Shown here: positions 1 to 10,378 of the stretch, piece by piece | Layout of the letters: each line of letters starts with the position of its first letter | Numbering within the stretch: the first letter of the stretch is position 1 | From: Sulfuricurvum sp. | GTDB taxonomy: Bacteria; Campylobacterota; Campylobacteria; Campylobacterales; Sulfurimonadaceae | Assembly (NCBI GenBank): GCA_024637215.1 | Contig: JAGXFM010000030.1 | Span: 831 to 64,830 of the forward strand | Length of the DNA: 64,000 nt | Direction: 5' to 3' | Notes under the pieces: generated by a model | What the model was told of the DNA's origin: nothing | The model's database searches: none | The model's input: the letters and a program-made list of their open reading frames with translations, nothing else | Made by a program: the position numbers and the translations under genes

Positions 1-256
1 GGAAGGGTCTCTTTTAGATACGCTTCCCCATAAACTTTCCGGCGGGCAATTGCAGCGGTGTTCCATATTACGGGCACTGCTGATGAAGCCGAAACTTTTA
101 TTGCTAGATGAGCCCACTTCGGCACTCGATAATCTGAATCAACTTGATATTATGAAACTAATCGTACAACACAGTGAGGGGATGGGTGTTTTACTTATCA
201 CGCATGATGGTGATTTGGCACGATGGTGTGCCGATGAAATTATTACATTAGGATAG
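1..256 (+). CDS. ABC transporter ATP-binding protein, dipeptide/oligopeptide/nickel type (3' part only; start lies before the window)
   Basis: The frame reads PHKLSGGQLQR (signature), LLLLDEPTSALD (Walker B/D-loop) and ITHD (H-loop). Confidence 0.85.
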   Translation, partial: EGSLLDTLPHKLSGGQLQRCSILRALLMKPKLLLLDEPTSALDNLNQLDIMKLIVQHSEGMGVLLITHDGDLARWCADEIITLG

Positions 257-634
257 AGTGTTTTTGAAGAGATAATATCCTGAAGCGGCCATCAAAACGG
301 TTCCAAAAGTATTGAGGGCCATATTAGCAACCGCCATCAAGAGATGACCGCTACTAAGTAATAAAAAGGTTTCCATCGCAAAAGTAGAGTAAGTGGTAAG
401 CCCCCCCAAAAAACCGGTGGTGAGAAATGACTTCATTTGAACGCTAAAAAGTGTCGTGTAACTGAAATAGGCGAAGAGTACGCCGATGAGAAAACTTCCC
501 AGTAGATTAGCCGACAGTGTTCCAAACGGGAGTGAGTGTGGGAAGTGATGGTTAACAACACCGTTCATATAGGCACGAAGTACCGCACCTAAAAAGGCAC
601 CGCTACCGATAGCGAGGATGGTTTGCCAGCTCAT
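248..634 (-). CDS. crcB: Fluoride efflux channel CrcB/FluC
   Basis: GAFLGAVLR, PFGTLSANLLG and GFLGGLTTYSTF motifs. Start moved to the MSWQ Met, overlapping the plsC end. Confidence 0.93.
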   Translation of the reverse strand: MSWQTILAIGSGAFLGAVLRAYMNGVVNHHFPHSLPFGTLSANLLGSFLIGVLFAYFSYTTLFSVQMKSFLTTGFLGGLTTYSTFAMETFLLLSSGHLLMAVANMALNTFGTVLMAASGYYLFKNTLS

Positions 635-1298
635 CATCATAAACCTTTTGCATGTGGGTATGGGTCTCATTGAGCCACTCAGGATTACTTTTATCCGCGA
701 TAAAGGAATCGAGATAGATCGCAGTAATGGTTCCTGGGTTAAACACTTTGCGTTTGTTGCTGAAATGCCATGCGGTAGCGATCAATACAATCGGTTGAAC
801 TTTGAGCGTGTATTTGTCCGCAACCATTTTTGCCCCCGCTTTGAACGGCTTCATTTTTCCGCTCTCGGTACGGGTCCCTTCGGGGAAAATCGTAATGACA
901 CGTCCTAGATCGAGGCGCTCTTTGCAATCTTTTATCAGTTTGACCAATGCCGTTTTGCTTTCACGCTCAAGGGCGATGTCTTTAGGAAGTCGTACGACAA
1001 GACCGAAAAACGGTACTTTGAAAAGCTCTTTTTTAGCCACCCATGCTAAATCTTTAGAGGTAATTGTTTCCATAATACCGATATCAATGTCACTTTGGTG
1101 GTTGATTAAAAACATTTGCACATCAGGATCAGGTGTCCCTTTGATATTGACGGGTACAAAAACGAGAAGGCGGATGAACCATGCCGAAAATTTAACGGCG
1201 TACGGCTTTGGGAGGAGATAAAAAGTGACGATCATCAGCGTCATCCCGCTGAAGATGACGATTACGGCATAAAGCCATTTAATTCGTGCAAAGATCAC
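603..1298 (-). CDS. plsC: 1-acyl-sn-glycerol-3-phosphate acyltransferase
   Basis: NHQSDID (HxxxxD), AKKEL and IFPEGTRT acyltransferase motifs. Confidence 0.93.
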   Translation of the reverse strand: MIFARIKWLYAVIVIFSGMTLMIVTFYLLPKPYAVKFSAWFIRLLVFVPVNIKGTPDPDVQMFLINHQSDIDIGIMETITSKDLAWVAKKELFKVPFFGLVVRLPKDIALERESKTALVKLIKDCKERLDLGRVITIFPEGTRTESGKMKPFKAGAKMVADKYTLKVQPIVLIATAWHFSNKRKVFNPGTITAIYLDSFIADKSNPEWLNETHTHMQKVYDDELANHPRYR

Positions 1299-2430
1299 GT
1301 TTGTTTACCCATCCGACTTTATTATCATCCAGATGTACTTTAATGAAGTCACCTACCTCTTTTTCAGCTTCGAGATGTTCTTCTTGGAGAGTCATTTCAA
1401 AAATGGTTCCGTTTTTAATCGGGAGCAAGTAGACAGGAGCATCTTTTTTAACGCATATGTTTTGATTAGGAAGAAGTGCATAAACGATGTAAAACATCGG
1501 AGCAGCCGAAAGGTATAAATACCATTTTTCCCGTCTCCAGTAAAAGAGTCCGAAAAGCATGAGGACAACAACGGCAGCGGCACCGACTTTAAGTTCTGTA
1601 TGACGTGCATCTGTTGGTGAGAGATCGCTTTGTCCCGTAGAAACGGTATCATCATCCACAACGATAGGGATTGATAATGCTTCATAGCGCTGTTTTTTAA
1701 GATTAAAGATTAAAAATTTGAGACTCTCTTCGCTGTTGGGTATGATCACATAATAGGTCATTTGCGATTCGCCGACATTAGAGAGTTTCGATTCAAATCC
1801 TTGTTTGATTGCATTTGGAATTGAAAAATCACTGATATTACAACGGGACGCTTTTACGGTGAAAATAACGACATTACTCTCATTATTGTAAGGGGTAGTT
1901 TTGTAATCAATGACCTCAAATTTATCCGCGAGTACATTTGCAAAGCCAGATGGTGGGCTCAGTGGTGTTGCCGTGAGGGGAGTTCCGATCAATGTTTCGG
2001 AGGTAGTTCCATTCGATGTGAGTGTTGCAGAAATATCAGGTAGACGAACTGAGGGAGATTGAACTAAAAAATAGAATGTGTCATAAACCCCGTCATCTTT
2101 TACATTTCGACGAGGAGTATCGCTAAAAATACGTATCCCCTCTTCGTTTTGGAGAGTATATTCAATATTTCCGGAAGCAACGTCTGTTGGGGTAAGTTTA
2201 ACCGTAACGGCAATGATCTCACCGACATAAGGGGGTGTCGGAAGATCGGTAAACTGCAATGTTAGTCCTGCCGTCGATACGCCGGAAAAAAGAGTATCGA
2301 TGTCAGATGAAGGGCTAGTTACTGTATCCGATGCCGTATCGGTGGTTGCGGGTACAGGATCGGTAAGAACCGAAGGTTCAGCGAAAACAATCTGTGTTAA
2401 AAGCAGAAATAAAAATGCCAGTGTTTTCAA
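1279..2430 (-). CDS. Exported/membrane protein with C-terminal SH3-like domain (Cj0515-like)
   Basis: Signal peptide, two C-terminal TM segments and a KVGWV SH3-like end. Lies between purQ and plsC as in Campylobacter. Confidence 0.7.
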   Translation of the reverse strand: MKTLAFLFLLLTQIVFAEPSVLTDPVPATTDTASDTVTSPSSDIDTLFSGVSTAGLTLQFTDLPTPPYVGEIIAVTVKLTPTDVASGNIEYTLQNEEGIRIFSDTPRRNVKDDGVYDTFYFLVQSPSVRLPDISATLTSNGTTSETLIGTPLTATPLSPPSGFANVLADKFEVIDYKTTPYNNESNVVIFTVKASRCNISDFSIPNAIKQGFESKLSNVGESQMTYYVIIPNSEESLKFLIFNLKKQRYEALSIPIVVDDDTVSTGQSDLSPTDARHTELKVGAAAVVVLMLFGLFYWRREKWYLYLSAAPMFYIVYALLPNQNICVKKDAPVYLLPIKNGTIFEMTLQEEHLEAEKEVGDFIKVHLDDNKVGWVNKRDLCTN

Positions 2431-3101
2431 GCGTTTATAAACCCTTCGAGCATCTGCTTCCCATCTTTAGAGCCTAACAGTGCTTCCATTGCCCGTTCAG
2501 GGTGGGGCATAAGACCAAAGACATTTTTAGATTTGTTACAAATACCGGCAATCGAGTCGACTGAACCGTTTGGGTTATCGATGTTTCCTGAACCGTCGGT
2601 ATATTTCAAGAGAACTTGATTGTTCGCATAAAGTTCACTTAATCCGGATGCATCAATGTAAAAATTTCCGTCATGGTGTGCGATAGGGATATTGACAATC
2701 TCATCTACACGGCAGTGGCGGAGAAAATCGTTATCATTGCTGATCACTTTAAGATGATGATGACGCGAGATAAAATGGAGCCCTTCATTGCGTTTGAGTG
2801 CGCCCGGAAGAAGTCCGGTTTCGGTCAATACTTGAAATCCGTTGCAGATACCGAGTACTTTTCCGCCATTATCGGCATAGATTTTAAGCGCTTTCATAAT
2901 CGGAGACATTTTTGCGATAGCACCGCTTCGGAGATAATCGCCGTAACTAAATCCACCGGCGGCTACTACCAAATCCATATCAGAGGGGATAGACTCTTCT
3001 TTGTGCCAAAGAATTTGTGTTTCACACCCTAATACGGCAAACGCATGCTGGGTATCGTACTCACAGTTTGTCCCCGGAAATTGGATGATGCCGACTTTCA
3101 T
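2427..3101 (-). CDS. purQ: FGAM synthase glutaminase subunit
   Basis: FPGTNC, GGFSYGDYLR, GICNGFQ and MPHPER motifs. Confidence 0.97.
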   Translation of the reverse strand: MKVGIIQFPGTNCEYDTQHAFAVLGCETQILWHKEESIPSDMDLVVAAGGFSYGDYLRSGAIAKMSPIMKALKIYADNGGKVLGICNGFQVLTETGLLPGALKRNEGLHFISRHHHLKVISNDNDFLRHCRVDEIVNIPIAHHDGNFYIDASGLSELYANNQVLLKYTDGSGNIDNPNGSVDSIAGICNKSKNVFGLMPHPERAMEALLGSKDGKQMLEGFINA

Positions 3102-3340
3102 GCTTGGATCTCAATTTCATAATCTTCGATAACGGTATTTGCCAAAAGCTCTTCACACATATGGGCAACTTTTTCTTTGGCGAGTGTTGCGTCTGATTCA
3201 TTCATCTCAATAATGATTTGTTTGCCGACACGGACATCTTTGACACTGTCAAAACCGTGACCTGAGAGGGCATGTTGTACCGCTTTACCCTGAGAGTCAA
3301 GAACCCCGTTTTTCAAAAATACATTTACGATTGCTTTCAT
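3098..3340 (-). CDS. purS: FGAM synthase subunit PurS
   Basis: VLDSQGKAV, VRVGK and LLANTVIEDY motifs; between purC and purQ. Confidence 0.96.
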   Translation of the reverse strand: MKAIVNVFLKNGVLDSQGKAVQHALSGHGFDSVKDVRVGKQIIIEMNESDATLAKEKVAHMCEELLANTVIEDYEIEIQA

Positions 3341-3343
3341 ACA

Positions 3344-4054
3344 TTACCCCAATATTCTGTTTAATACTTCTTCATAGGCGACTTTTAGTCCGCCAAGACC
3401 TTGACGGAAACGATCTTTATCCATTTTTTCACCTGTTTCTAAATCCCAAAAGCGGCAGTTATCAGGGCTAATTTCATCGGCTAGGATGATTTTTCCGTTT
3501 TCATCACGTCCGAATTCGAGTTTGAAATCAACTAGGTTAAGCCCTTTTTCATGAAAGTAAGGACGTAAAATACTATTGACTTCACGTGCCATAGCACGAA
3601 GTTGATCGAGTTCGGCTTCATTTTTGACAAGGTTTAGAATCAAACAGTGTTGATCATTGAGTTTCGGGTCGCCGAGAGCATCGTTTTTGTAGTCAAATTC
3701 GACCAAGGTGAACGGAAGAACAGTTCCATCGGCAATTCCGAGATTTTTACTGAGACTTCCGGTTGCAATGTTACGAACGATCACTTCGATGAGGATAATG
3801 TCCACTTTTTTGCAAAGCATATGGGTATCATCCAACATTTCCACAAAATGGGACTCGACACCACGAGAAGCAAGCATTTTAAACAATTCAGTAGAGATTT
3901 TATTATTCAACGCACCTTTACCCGATTCGTTATCTTTTTTTGCGCCGTTAAATGCGGTCAGATCATCCTTAAATTCGGCAATGACTAAGTTGGCATCGTC
4001 GGTGCAAAAGAGGCGTTTAGCCTTTCCTTCGTAGATGAGATCGCGTTTTTCCAT
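3344..4054 (-). CDS. purC: SAICAR synthetase
   Basis: [23 protein letters not shown] and DKDRFR motifs. Confidence 0.97.
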   Translation of the reverse strand: MEKRDLIYEGKAKRLFCTDDANLVIAEFKDDLTAFNGAKKDNESGKGALNNKISTELFKMLASRGVESHFVEMLDDTHMLCKKVDIILIEVIVRNIATGSLSKNLGIADGTVLPFTLVEFDYKNDALGDPKLNDQHCLILNLVKNEAELDQLRAMAREVNSILRPYFHEKGLNLVDFKLEFGRDENGKIILADEISPDNCRFWDLETGEKMDKDRFRQGLGGLKVAYEEVLNRILG

Positions 4055-4056
4055 GG

Positions 4057-5379
4057 TTATTTTCCTTTGACTATGATTAGGGCTTTGATAATATCGACAC
4101 CCTCTTTGAGTTGAATATCTTTGTTCATCTGCTCAGGCGTGATTATGGTTTTATTGGTTGCATTGGCTTCGGTGACATCGATCATTCCACCCTCTTTTTC
4201 GAGTTCGGATTCAAGATGTTTTTTGAGATCCGCCTCTTTGATATTAAACGATTTATCATGGTGTTTAATTTCACCGGCGATCACTTCAATATCCGGAGCA
4301 ACCCCTACGGCTTGGATTGTCCGTCCGCTTGGGAGATAGTAGCGTGCAACGGTAAGCTTGATCCCTTCGGTTTCCGTGATCGGCATAACCACTTGAACGG
4401 AACCTTTACCGAAAGTTTTTTCTCCGACAATAACCGCCCGTTTGAGATCTTGAAGGGCACCGCTGACAATTTCAGATGCACTGGCGGAGCATTCATTCAC
4501 CAAAACAACGCGAGGAAGATCGCAAATGGTCGCGCTTTTGGTTGCACTGTAGGTGACATCATCGGCTTTATTACGCCCTTTTTGGGAAACGATAACCCCT
4601 TCGCTTACGAACAGGTCGGTTAACTCAACCGCTTGATCCAGCAGTCCTCCCGGATTGTTGCGTAAATCAAGGATAACACCTTTGCTTTTAGCGGCATGTT
4701 TTTTAATCGCTTTTTTGACATCGGCTGAGACTTTTTTATCAAAGCTAGTAACACGGACATACAGAATATTGCCGCTGATTGTTCGGGTATAGACTGATTC
4801 TACGGTGATGATATCGCGAATAATATGAAATTTGATTGGATCGGCAGCCCCTTTGCGGACAATGGTAATGTCGATAGGTGTTTTAGGGGTTCCGCGCATT
4901 AAACTGACGGCATCGTCAATGGTCATACTCAGGGTTGATTTGTCATTGATTTTAAGAATGATATCACCCGCTTTGACCCCTGCTTTATCCGCAGGTGTCC
5001 CTTCAATCGGGGCAATAACGGTGAGGGCATTATCACGCATACCGACCGTAATCCCTAATCCGCCGAATTCACCGTCGGTTTGGGTTTTCAGATTGTCGTA
5101 GCTTTTTTTGTCCATGTAGGTGGAGTGGGGATCAAGGTTAGAGAGCAACCCCTGAAGAGATTTGTCGATCAGCTGATCGATACTAAGACCGTCAACATTG
5201 TACTGCTCAACAATACCCAAAACTTTAGTGAATTTAGCTAAAGACTGGAGGCGTGATGCTTCTACAGAGGCTTCGGCAGGAACAGCAGTATCGCTTTTGG
5301 CTAATAACGATGTGGAGAGGGCAACACTCACCGCTACAGCACTGACAAAACCGACAACCATCATTTTTGTGTTTTTCAT
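4057..5379 (-). CDS. ctpA: C-terminal processing protease (S41A, PDZ domain)
   Basis: LDPHS, GLGI PDZ loop, [15 protein letters not shown] and GKGSVQ motifs. Confidence 0.93.
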   Translation of the reverse strand: MKNTKMMVVGFVSAVAVSVALSTSLLAKSDTAVPAEASVEASRLQSLAKFTKVLGIVEQYNVDGLSIDQLIDKSLQGLLSNLDPHSTYMDKKSYDNLKTQTDGEFGGLGITVGMRDNALTVIAPIEGTPADKAGVKAGDIILKINDKSTLSMTIDDAVSLMRGTPKTPIDITIVRKGAADPIKFHIIRDIITVESVYTRTISGNILYVRVTSFDKKVSADVKKAIKKHAAKSKGVILDLRNNPGGLLDQAVELTDLFVSEGVIVSQKGRNKADDVTYSATKSATICDLPRVVLVNECSASASEIVSGALQDLKRAVIVGEKTFGKGSVQVVMPITETEGIKLTVARYYLPSGRTIQAVGVAPDIEVIAGEIKHHDKSFNIKEADLKKHLESELEKEGGMIDVTEANATNKTIITPEQMNKDIQLKEGVDIIKALIIVKGK

Positions 5380-5456
5380 ACGTTTTCCGAACCTCGTGTA
5401 GAGCCGTTATATAAGATGGGGAATTATAGTGAAAACTCCATTAAATAACAATGGAA

Positions 5457-5660
5457 TTAGATCACTTGAATAATGACATCACCGATGGTGATACTCTCCC
5501 CTTTTGTGATTTTTGCCCGTTTACGCGTTTCGATTTCACCGTTGCGTAAAACGTGAGCATTTTCGATTAACATTTTGGCTTGTCCGCCGGTATCGACAAG
5601 GTCTAAGAGTTTAATCAGTTTATGAAGCTCGATATAGGGTTCGGTTAGGGTATAGGTCAT
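5457..5660 (-). CDS. S4-domain RNA-binding protein (YaaA/YbcJ family)
   Basis: YIELHKLIK, TGGQAK and NGEIETRKRAKI motifs. Confidence 0.88.
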   Translation of the reverse strand: MTYTLTEPYIELHKLIKLLDLVDTGGQAKMLIENAHVLRNGEIETRKRAKITKGESITIGDVIIQVI

Positions 5661-5717
5661 GGTATTTCTTTAAATAAAAATTAGGCTAAGTAGACGATGA
5701 GAGGAAAATATAAGTAG

Positions 5718-5741
5718 CATGAGGCCCGTTAGGGCTTCATG
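5718..5741 (-). terminator. Probable intrinsic terminator after the RRM gene
   Basis: Inverted repeat CATGAGGCCC-GTTA-GGGCTTCATG just past the stop; only a weak T-tract follows on the - strand. Confidence 0.55.
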
Positions 5742-5748
5742 GATGTGA

Positions 5749-6021
5749 TTACCAGCGGTCGCGTGGAGGGCGTGGAGCACGTGGACGAGCTTCGTTAACA
5801 CGAAGTGTACGTCCGCCGAAATCGTTACCTTCAAGAGCAGTGATCGCTTTGTTAGCTTCATCTTGGTTCGCCATTTCAACGAAACCGAAACCGCGAAAAC
5901 GGCCTGTTTCTTTATCATTTACGAACTTAACTGAGCTAACTTCACCGTATTGTCCGAAAAGATCTTTAAGATCATTTTCGTCTTTGCCGTAGGGAATGTT
6001 CCCGACATAAATTTGTGTCAC
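5749..6021 (-). CDS. RRM (RNP-1) RNA-binding protein
   Basis: IYVGNI (RNP2), RGFGFVEM (RNP1) and LRVNEARPR motifs. Confidence 0.95.
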   Translation of the reverse strand: MTQIYVGNIPYGKDENDLKDLFGQYGEVSSVKFVNDKETGRFRGFGFVEMANQDEANKAITALEGNDFGGRTLRVNEARPRAPRPPRDRW

Positions 6022-6148
6022 ATTGTACTCCGTGGAAAAATCGAACTATAACCAGCATAATCCTTGGCACATTCTAGCAATTACAATCTTATGGGAATGT
6101 TAAAAATAATTGTACATTTACGATTAATCCAAACCCCAAGTCAAAACA

Positions 6149-8074
6149 TTACAAAAAGGCTCCCGCCTCGTGTAATGTGGTGAAACACGGCTTAGAATGA
6201 GAACGTAAAAAGAGGAGAGCTTCGCTCATCATAGCCCCTCCTAAAAGGATAGGAAAAACCGGTTTACTCCAAGGTCGCTCTAAAAGGCGGACGATCTCCA
6301 GTGTATCGGTCATCATCTGCGGGGTGATTAAAAGATAGATTAAATCGACTCCCTCCATCGCATCGACACATTGCAGTGCCGCCTCAAATCGTTCACTTCG
6401 AGCATCGCCGATGATATCGATAGGGTTGTTACGTGACCAGTTTGAAGGGAGGAGGGCATCAAGGGCTTCAAGATCATTTTTACTTAGGGTGTAGAGTTTT
6501 GATCCCCGTTCAATAATGACATCGGTGATAATGGTTCCCGGCCCTCCGGCATTGGTAATAACGGCGATATTCTCAAAATTTCGGGCGTAGAGGAGAGCTT
6601 CGATAGAATCGACCATTTTAACGCCGACACTCTCTAAGAGACCTCGAAACATCGGATAGTCTCCACTGAGATTTCCCGTATGAGAAAAGGCCGCTTTTCG
6701 TGCTTGCGGTGATTTTCCCGCTTTATAAACACGGATCGGTTTTGTGCACGATCGCAGTGATTCTAAAAACGCTTTTCCCTCCTGTATCCCCTCGGCATAC
6801 AAAGAGATCGCTTCACACTGCGGATCGGCAGAGAGCATCGTGATGATGTCGGCAAACCCCATATCGGCCATATTTCCCGCTGAGAGAATGTGGGAAAATC
6901 CGATCCCCTCTTGGGTTGCTTTATCCATGAGGGAGGAGAGGACGGCTCCCGATTGAGCGATAAGGGCGAGAGAGCCTTTGTTGATGCTGGATGAGCCGAA
7001 AGTGAGATTAAGGCTTTGGGTCGATTCGTAGTATCCCAGACAATTCGGTCCGATGATGTTGAGGTTGTATTCCTCTGCTAACTCTTTAAGCCGCTCTTCG
7101 CTTCGGGTGTCTCCGATCTCTTTAAATCCCGCCGAGACAATGATGATATTTTTAGCCCCCTTGGGTATGAGAGCTTCTATGGTCTCAATAACATGACAAG
7201 AGGGGATGGTGATGACAGCGGTATCGATCACATCCTCTATCTCTGTAAGAGAGCAATAAAGCCGATGCCCCTCAAAGGTGCCCCCCCTTGCGTTCACTAA
7301 AGAGAGTTTACCGTTAAAACTAAGGGCATTATGGGCAATGGCGTATCCCACTTTATTGGGATCATTGGAAGCGCCGATGACGGCGACGTGACGGTTATCA
7401 AAAAAATTGCTGCGGAGACGTTGTGTAGGGGGTGTATCGGAAGTGAGAGTATGATACTCGATTCTTGCATCAACGACATGCAAACCGTTTGCATTGAAAA
7501 TAACAGGGTTGAGATCGCATTCACGAATCGTCGGATGTTCTTTTATAAAGCGTTGAAGGGTTTGGATAAAACTTACGATTTGATCCATCATCGGTTTTGA
7601 ACCTCGAAACCCTTCAAACAGTTTGCTGATTTTAGTGGTACGGATCGCACGGAGAATTTCGGTTTCGCCGGCATGGATATCGATGTAGCAGACATCACGG
7701 TAAAGTTCGAGTAACACCCCTCCCTTGCCGAAAAGGATTATTTGACCGAAAATCGGATCATTGACAACTCCGGCAAACAGCTCTTCGCCTTGTATCATTG
7801 CGGTAGCAATAAAGCCATCACTCGAATCCAAGGTAATAGTGTGTTCGGCAATGCGGCTTAGTATTCGAGTCCGTGCCGCTTCCGCCTCATCGGCGTTGCT
7901 CAATGAGATAGCTACGCCTCCGACATCGCTTTTATGGACGATTTTAGGGGATTCGATTTTGAGCGCAATGGGGTAAAAATCAAGTGATATAGGCTCCTGA
8001 AGTGCAAAACGGTGAAACGGAGGAATTTGGAATCCTGATTTTGATAAAAGGGAGAAAAGTTCGGACTCAACCAT
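6149..8074 (-). CDS. ADP-forming acyl/acetate-CoA ligase, ATP-grasp domain fused N-terminal to the CoA-binding domains
   Basis: HKSDVGG and DLNP..VVDAR (ATP-grasp); VAVIGAS, IIGPNCLG, AQSGA, SHTG (phospho-His) and NNPIDIIGDA. Confidence 0.88.
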   Translation of the reverse strand: MVESELFSLLSKSGFQIPPFHRFALQEPISLDFYPIALKIESPKIVHKSDVGGVAISLSNADEAEAARTRILSRIAEHTITLDSSDGFIATAMIQGEELFAGVVNDPIFGQIILFGKGGVLLELYRDVCYIDIHAGETEILRAIRTTKISKLFEGFRGSKPMMDQIVSFIQTLQRFIKEHPTIRECDLNPVIFNANGLHVVDARIEYHTLTSDTPPTQRLRSNFFDNRHVAVIGASNDPNKVGYAIAHNALSFNGKLSLVNARGGTFEGHRLYCSLTEIEDVIDTAVITIPSCHVIETIEALIPKGAKNIIIVSAGFKEIGDTRSEERLKELAEEYNLNIIGPNCLGYYESTQSLNLTFGSSSINKGSLALIAQSGAVLSSLMDKATQEGIGFSHILSAGNMADMGFADIITMLSADPQCEAISLYAEGIQEGKAFLESLRSCTKPIRVYKAGKSPQARKAAFSHTGNLSGDYPMFRGLLESVGVKMVDSIEALLYARNFENIAVITNAGGPGTIITDVIIERGSKLYTLSKNDLEALDALLPSNWSRNNPIDIIGDARSERFEAALQCVDAMEGVDLIYLLITPQMMTDTLEIVRLLERPWSKPVFPILLGGAMMSEALLFLRSHSKPCFTTLHEAGAFL

Positions 8075-8125
8075 CGGTAATTCCTATATAAATGAGGATT
8101 ATGCCATTTTAAAAAAGGCATCAAT

Positions 8126-10240
8126 TTAGATAGTATAACCTAACGAGGGAGCCGGTGTAAAGTAAGGGACTTCATCTTGTAATTTTTGGAGTATCTCATC
8201 ACGCGGGAGAGGACGGCAGAGATGATACCCTTGCAAGGTATCAATTTCATTTTCGATTAAAAAATCATAATGTTCAGCTTCTTCAACGCCCTCAGCCGTA
8301 ACATTCATCCCCAAGGCATGGGCGAGATTCGAGATTGCTTCTACAATATGGCGATTGGAACTTTCTTTGAACAAAGACAAAATAAAGGATTTGTCAATTT
8401 TAAGGGTATCAATCGGGAGTTGAGCCAAGTAGGCGAAGGAAGAGTATCCGGTACCGAAATCATCTAAAGAGATACGTATACCTCCTGATTTTAGCTCAGT
8501 GAGTTGTCGGCTGACACTGTGAATATTTTCCATGACGGCACTTTCTGTCACCTCGACTTTTAAAAAGGAGGGAGAAATTCCACGTTTATCCAAATAGGTA
8601 AGCAGTTCATGGGCAAAATGAGTTTGGTGAAGCTGTTTTGCCGAAACATTGATTGCCACAAAAAACGGTTCATCCCGTAGCAGACGTATTGTATCAATGA
8701 AATCGCATGCTTGAGAGAGAACCTCTTTGCCTAGATGATGGATATCTCCATTGCTCTCAGCAACCGGTATAAAGAGATCGGGCGGGATAAAACCTTCTTT
8801 CGGATGGGGAAGCCGCATCAGCGCTTCATACCCTTCCATTCGGAGTGTTTTGCTGTCAATAAGGGGCTGAAAGTAGAGTTCGAAATAGTTCTGCGACAGC
8901 CCCTCGCGTATCAATGTTTCAATCCGTAAAAAATCATTGAGCGTCTGCTGCATGGATGCATCATAATAGATAAATCGATTTTTCCCCTGATTTTTAGCTT
9001 CGTACATGGCCGTATCGGCATGTTTGATTAAATCCTCTCCGCTTGTAGCATCATGGGGGTATAAGACGATTCCGATAGAGGATGAGAGGAAAAAATCGGT
9101 TTCGTTGACCGCAAACGGCTCTTTAAAGGTTTGGATCAAGCGTTTTGCCATGGCATCAACACTCGACTTATCCGCATCTTGAAGTAAAATAACAAACTCA
9201 TCCCCTCCGAAACGGGCGCAAAAATCATATATTCCGAGGGCATTTCGGAACCGTTGACTCACTTCGATAAGTATTTTATCGCCGACTTTATGTCCCATCG
9301 TATCGTTAATATGTTTGAAATTATCCAAATCCAAAAACAGAAGGGCAAAAGGGGCGGACGCCGAGTATTCAAAACGGTTTTCAAGCTGAAGTTTTAGTTT
9401 AGCACGGTTGGGGAGAAGGGTCAGCGGATCGTGATAGGCTAAAAAGGCGATCTCTTCACTTTGCGCTTTGGGTGCGGTGATATCGCTGGTGATGCCAATG
9501 AAAAGATTAAGCTTCGGATGATGGTGGATACGGCTGTTAAGCCATCGCATCTGACCCCCATGATGGAAGATACGAAATCGGATAGCTTGGGATTGGCCCG
9601 GACGTAGCGTCTCAAAAAACATTTGAACCAAAGCGCGATCATCCGGATGTATTTGCTGTTGCCAAAGAGCCGTATCGCTTAGAAACATCTCTTTGGAAAA
9701 TCCGAAAATCTCTTCAACGGCATTGTTAACATAGCGCAGTGAGAGGCTCTGGCTATCGATGTACCAGATGACTTCATCGAGGCTACTGAGGATCTCTTCA
9801 ATCTCTTGATTTTTCGAATTAAGCAATACGGAGAGTTCATGTGCTTGAAGCTCTATCAGCTCCTTTGAATCACGAAGCTCTTTATTGAGTAAGTAGGTTT
9901 CCGTGAGATTTCGAACATTGACAAAAAAGCGGATATGTTCGTTATGCTGTATCATTCTCACGCTTTTAATACTCTGGACGATATGTCCGTCACGGTGGAG
10001 AAAATCGGTTTCGGCATTGAGGGATTTCCCCTCTCGCATCACTTTCGCGATACACTCTTGGAACACATCGATATTGGCTAAAAGACTGAGCATATTCAGC
10101 CCTAAAAGAATGTCACTGTCATATCCGACCATCTCAGAAAAAGCTTCATTGGCAAAGAGAATAACTCCTCGCTCATCGACCATTATAATCCCATCCGGCA
10201 GGTAGTTTAATACATCATAAATGGGTGCTTCGGTTTGCAT
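8126..10240 (-). CDS. PAS-PAS-GGDEF-EAL c-di-GMP enzyme
   Basis: Two PAS domains (IHPDD), RFGGDEF, YEALMR and DDFGTGYSS motifs. Confidence 0.93.
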   Translation of the reverse strand: MQTEAPIYDVLNYLPDGIIMVDERGVILFANEAFSEMVGYDSDILLGLNMLSLLANIDVFQECIAKVMREGKSLNAETDFLHRDGHIVQSIKSVRMIQHNEHIRFFVNVRNLTETYLLNKELRDSKELIELQAHELSVLLNSKNQEIEEILSSLDEVIWYIDSQSLSLRYVNNAVEEIFGFSKEMFLSDTALWQQQIHPDDRALVQMFFETLRPGQSQAIRFRIFHHGGQMRWLNSRIHHHPKLNLFIGITSDITAPKAQSEEIAFLAYHDPLTLLPNRAKLKLQLENRFEYSASAPFALLFLDLDNFKHINDTMGHKVGDKILIEVSQRFRNALGIYDFCARFGGDEFVILLQDADKSSVDAMAKRLIQTFKEPFAVNETDFFLSSSIGIVLYPHDATSGEDLIKHADTAMYEAKNQGKNRFIYYDASMQQTLNDFLRIETLIREGLSQNYFELYFQPLIDSKTLRMEGYEALMRLPHPKEGFIPPDLFIPVAESNGDIHHLGKEVLSQACDFIDTIRLLRDEPFFVAINVSAKQLHQTHFAHELLTYLDKRGISPSFLKVEVTESAVMENIHSVSRQLTELKSGGIRISLDDFGTGYSSFAYLAQLPIDTLKIDKSFILSLFKESSNRHIVEAISNLAHALGMNVTAEGVEEAEHYDFLIENEIDTLQGYHLCRPLPRDEILQKLQDEVPYFTPAPSLGYTI

Positions 10241-10378
10241 TGAGTCCTAAAAAGTGATTAAATTGTGATTAAAGTATTTTAATTTGTTATAGTTTAAAAC
10301 TTGCTTCTTAAAATACATTAGGAAGGGATAATTTGAATTTGGATATAATCGCGTAATTTTTATGTAAAGAGTTTCAGT

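Noticed and set aside
2427-4054. purL missing from the purC-purS-purQ operon
   Set aside because: This is the normal arrangement in Campylobacterota, where purL is encoded elsewhere.
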